Notes under the pieces: model-generated
What the model was told of the DNA's origin: nothing
The model's input: the letters and a program-made list of their open reading frames with translations, nothing else
Databases searched by the model: none
Source of the DNA: Camelus ferus
Taxonomy: Eukaryota
Assembly (NCBI RefSeq): GCF_009834535.1
Contig: NC_045697.1
Span: 102,302,001 to 102,366,000, forward strand
DNA: 64,000 nucleotides
Direction of reading: 5' to 3'
Program-made: the position numbers and the translations under genes
In this document: positions 63,636 to 64,000 of the stretch, in pieces
How positions within the stretch are numbered: position 1 is the stretch's first letter
Layout of the letters: every line of letters begins with the position of its first letter

Positions 63636-64000
63636 ATTATTATTTTTTTATTTAAGTAGAGTTGATTTACAATGCTGTGTTAGTTTCAGCAAAGTGATTC
63701 AGTTATATATACATATATATGTATATCTCTGTTCTTTTTCAGTTTCTTTACCATTATAGGTTATTATACGCTTTTGAATGTATTTCCCTGTGCTATACAG
63801 TAGGTCCTTGTTGTTTATCTATTTTGTATATAGTAATATGTATCTGCTAATCCCAAACTCCTAATTTATCCCTCCTCCTCCTTTCCTCTTTAGTAAGTGT
63901 GTTTGTTTTCTATCTCTGTGAGTCTATTTCTGTTTTGTAAATAAGTTCATTTGTATCCTTTTTTTAGATTCCACATATAAGTTATATCCTAGGATATTTG
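63636..64000 (-). mobile_element. L1 3' end running off the window
   Basis: Antisense 'agttgatttacaatg...ttccctgtgctatacagtagg...ttttttagattccacatataag', similar to the 14724 copy. Confidence 0.9.

Noticed and set aside
1..64000. CRISPR arrays, operons or other prokaryotic-type systems
   Set aside because: No regularly spaced repeat-spacer structure or dense ORF organisation is visible, and the content is typical mammalian non-coding DNA.

Overview
Mammalian, AT-rich, repeat-dense non-coding DNA, most likely camelid. That call rests on two tRNA-derived SINEs resembling the Vic-1 type (about 48.66 and 60.64 kb) and several cetartiodactyl-type L1 3' ends; all family names are from recall, not a database search. 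I recognise no intact protein-coding gene: the supplied ORFs are short, repeat-derived or low-complexity. Much of the window is transposon-derived: L1s of several ages (some with clear target-site duplications, TSDs), four ERV1-type solo LTRs with 4-bp TSDs, MaLR/ERVL LTRs, MIR and L2 remnants, MER2/MER53/MADE2-type MITEs, a ~2 kb decayed hAT (BLACKJACK-like) transposase and a three-level nested LTR stack. The most gene-like part is a TE-poor, CpG-rich block at about 25.6-27.5 kb with PBX-HOX, TCF, GATA, FOX, AP-1 and G-quadruplex motifs. Four well-formed minus-strand pseudo-exon candidates and a skew in A/T tracts hint at an unannotated or long-intron minus-strand transcript. I found no convincing evidence of a wholly new biological system; the findings are testable hypotheses, mostly regulatory.
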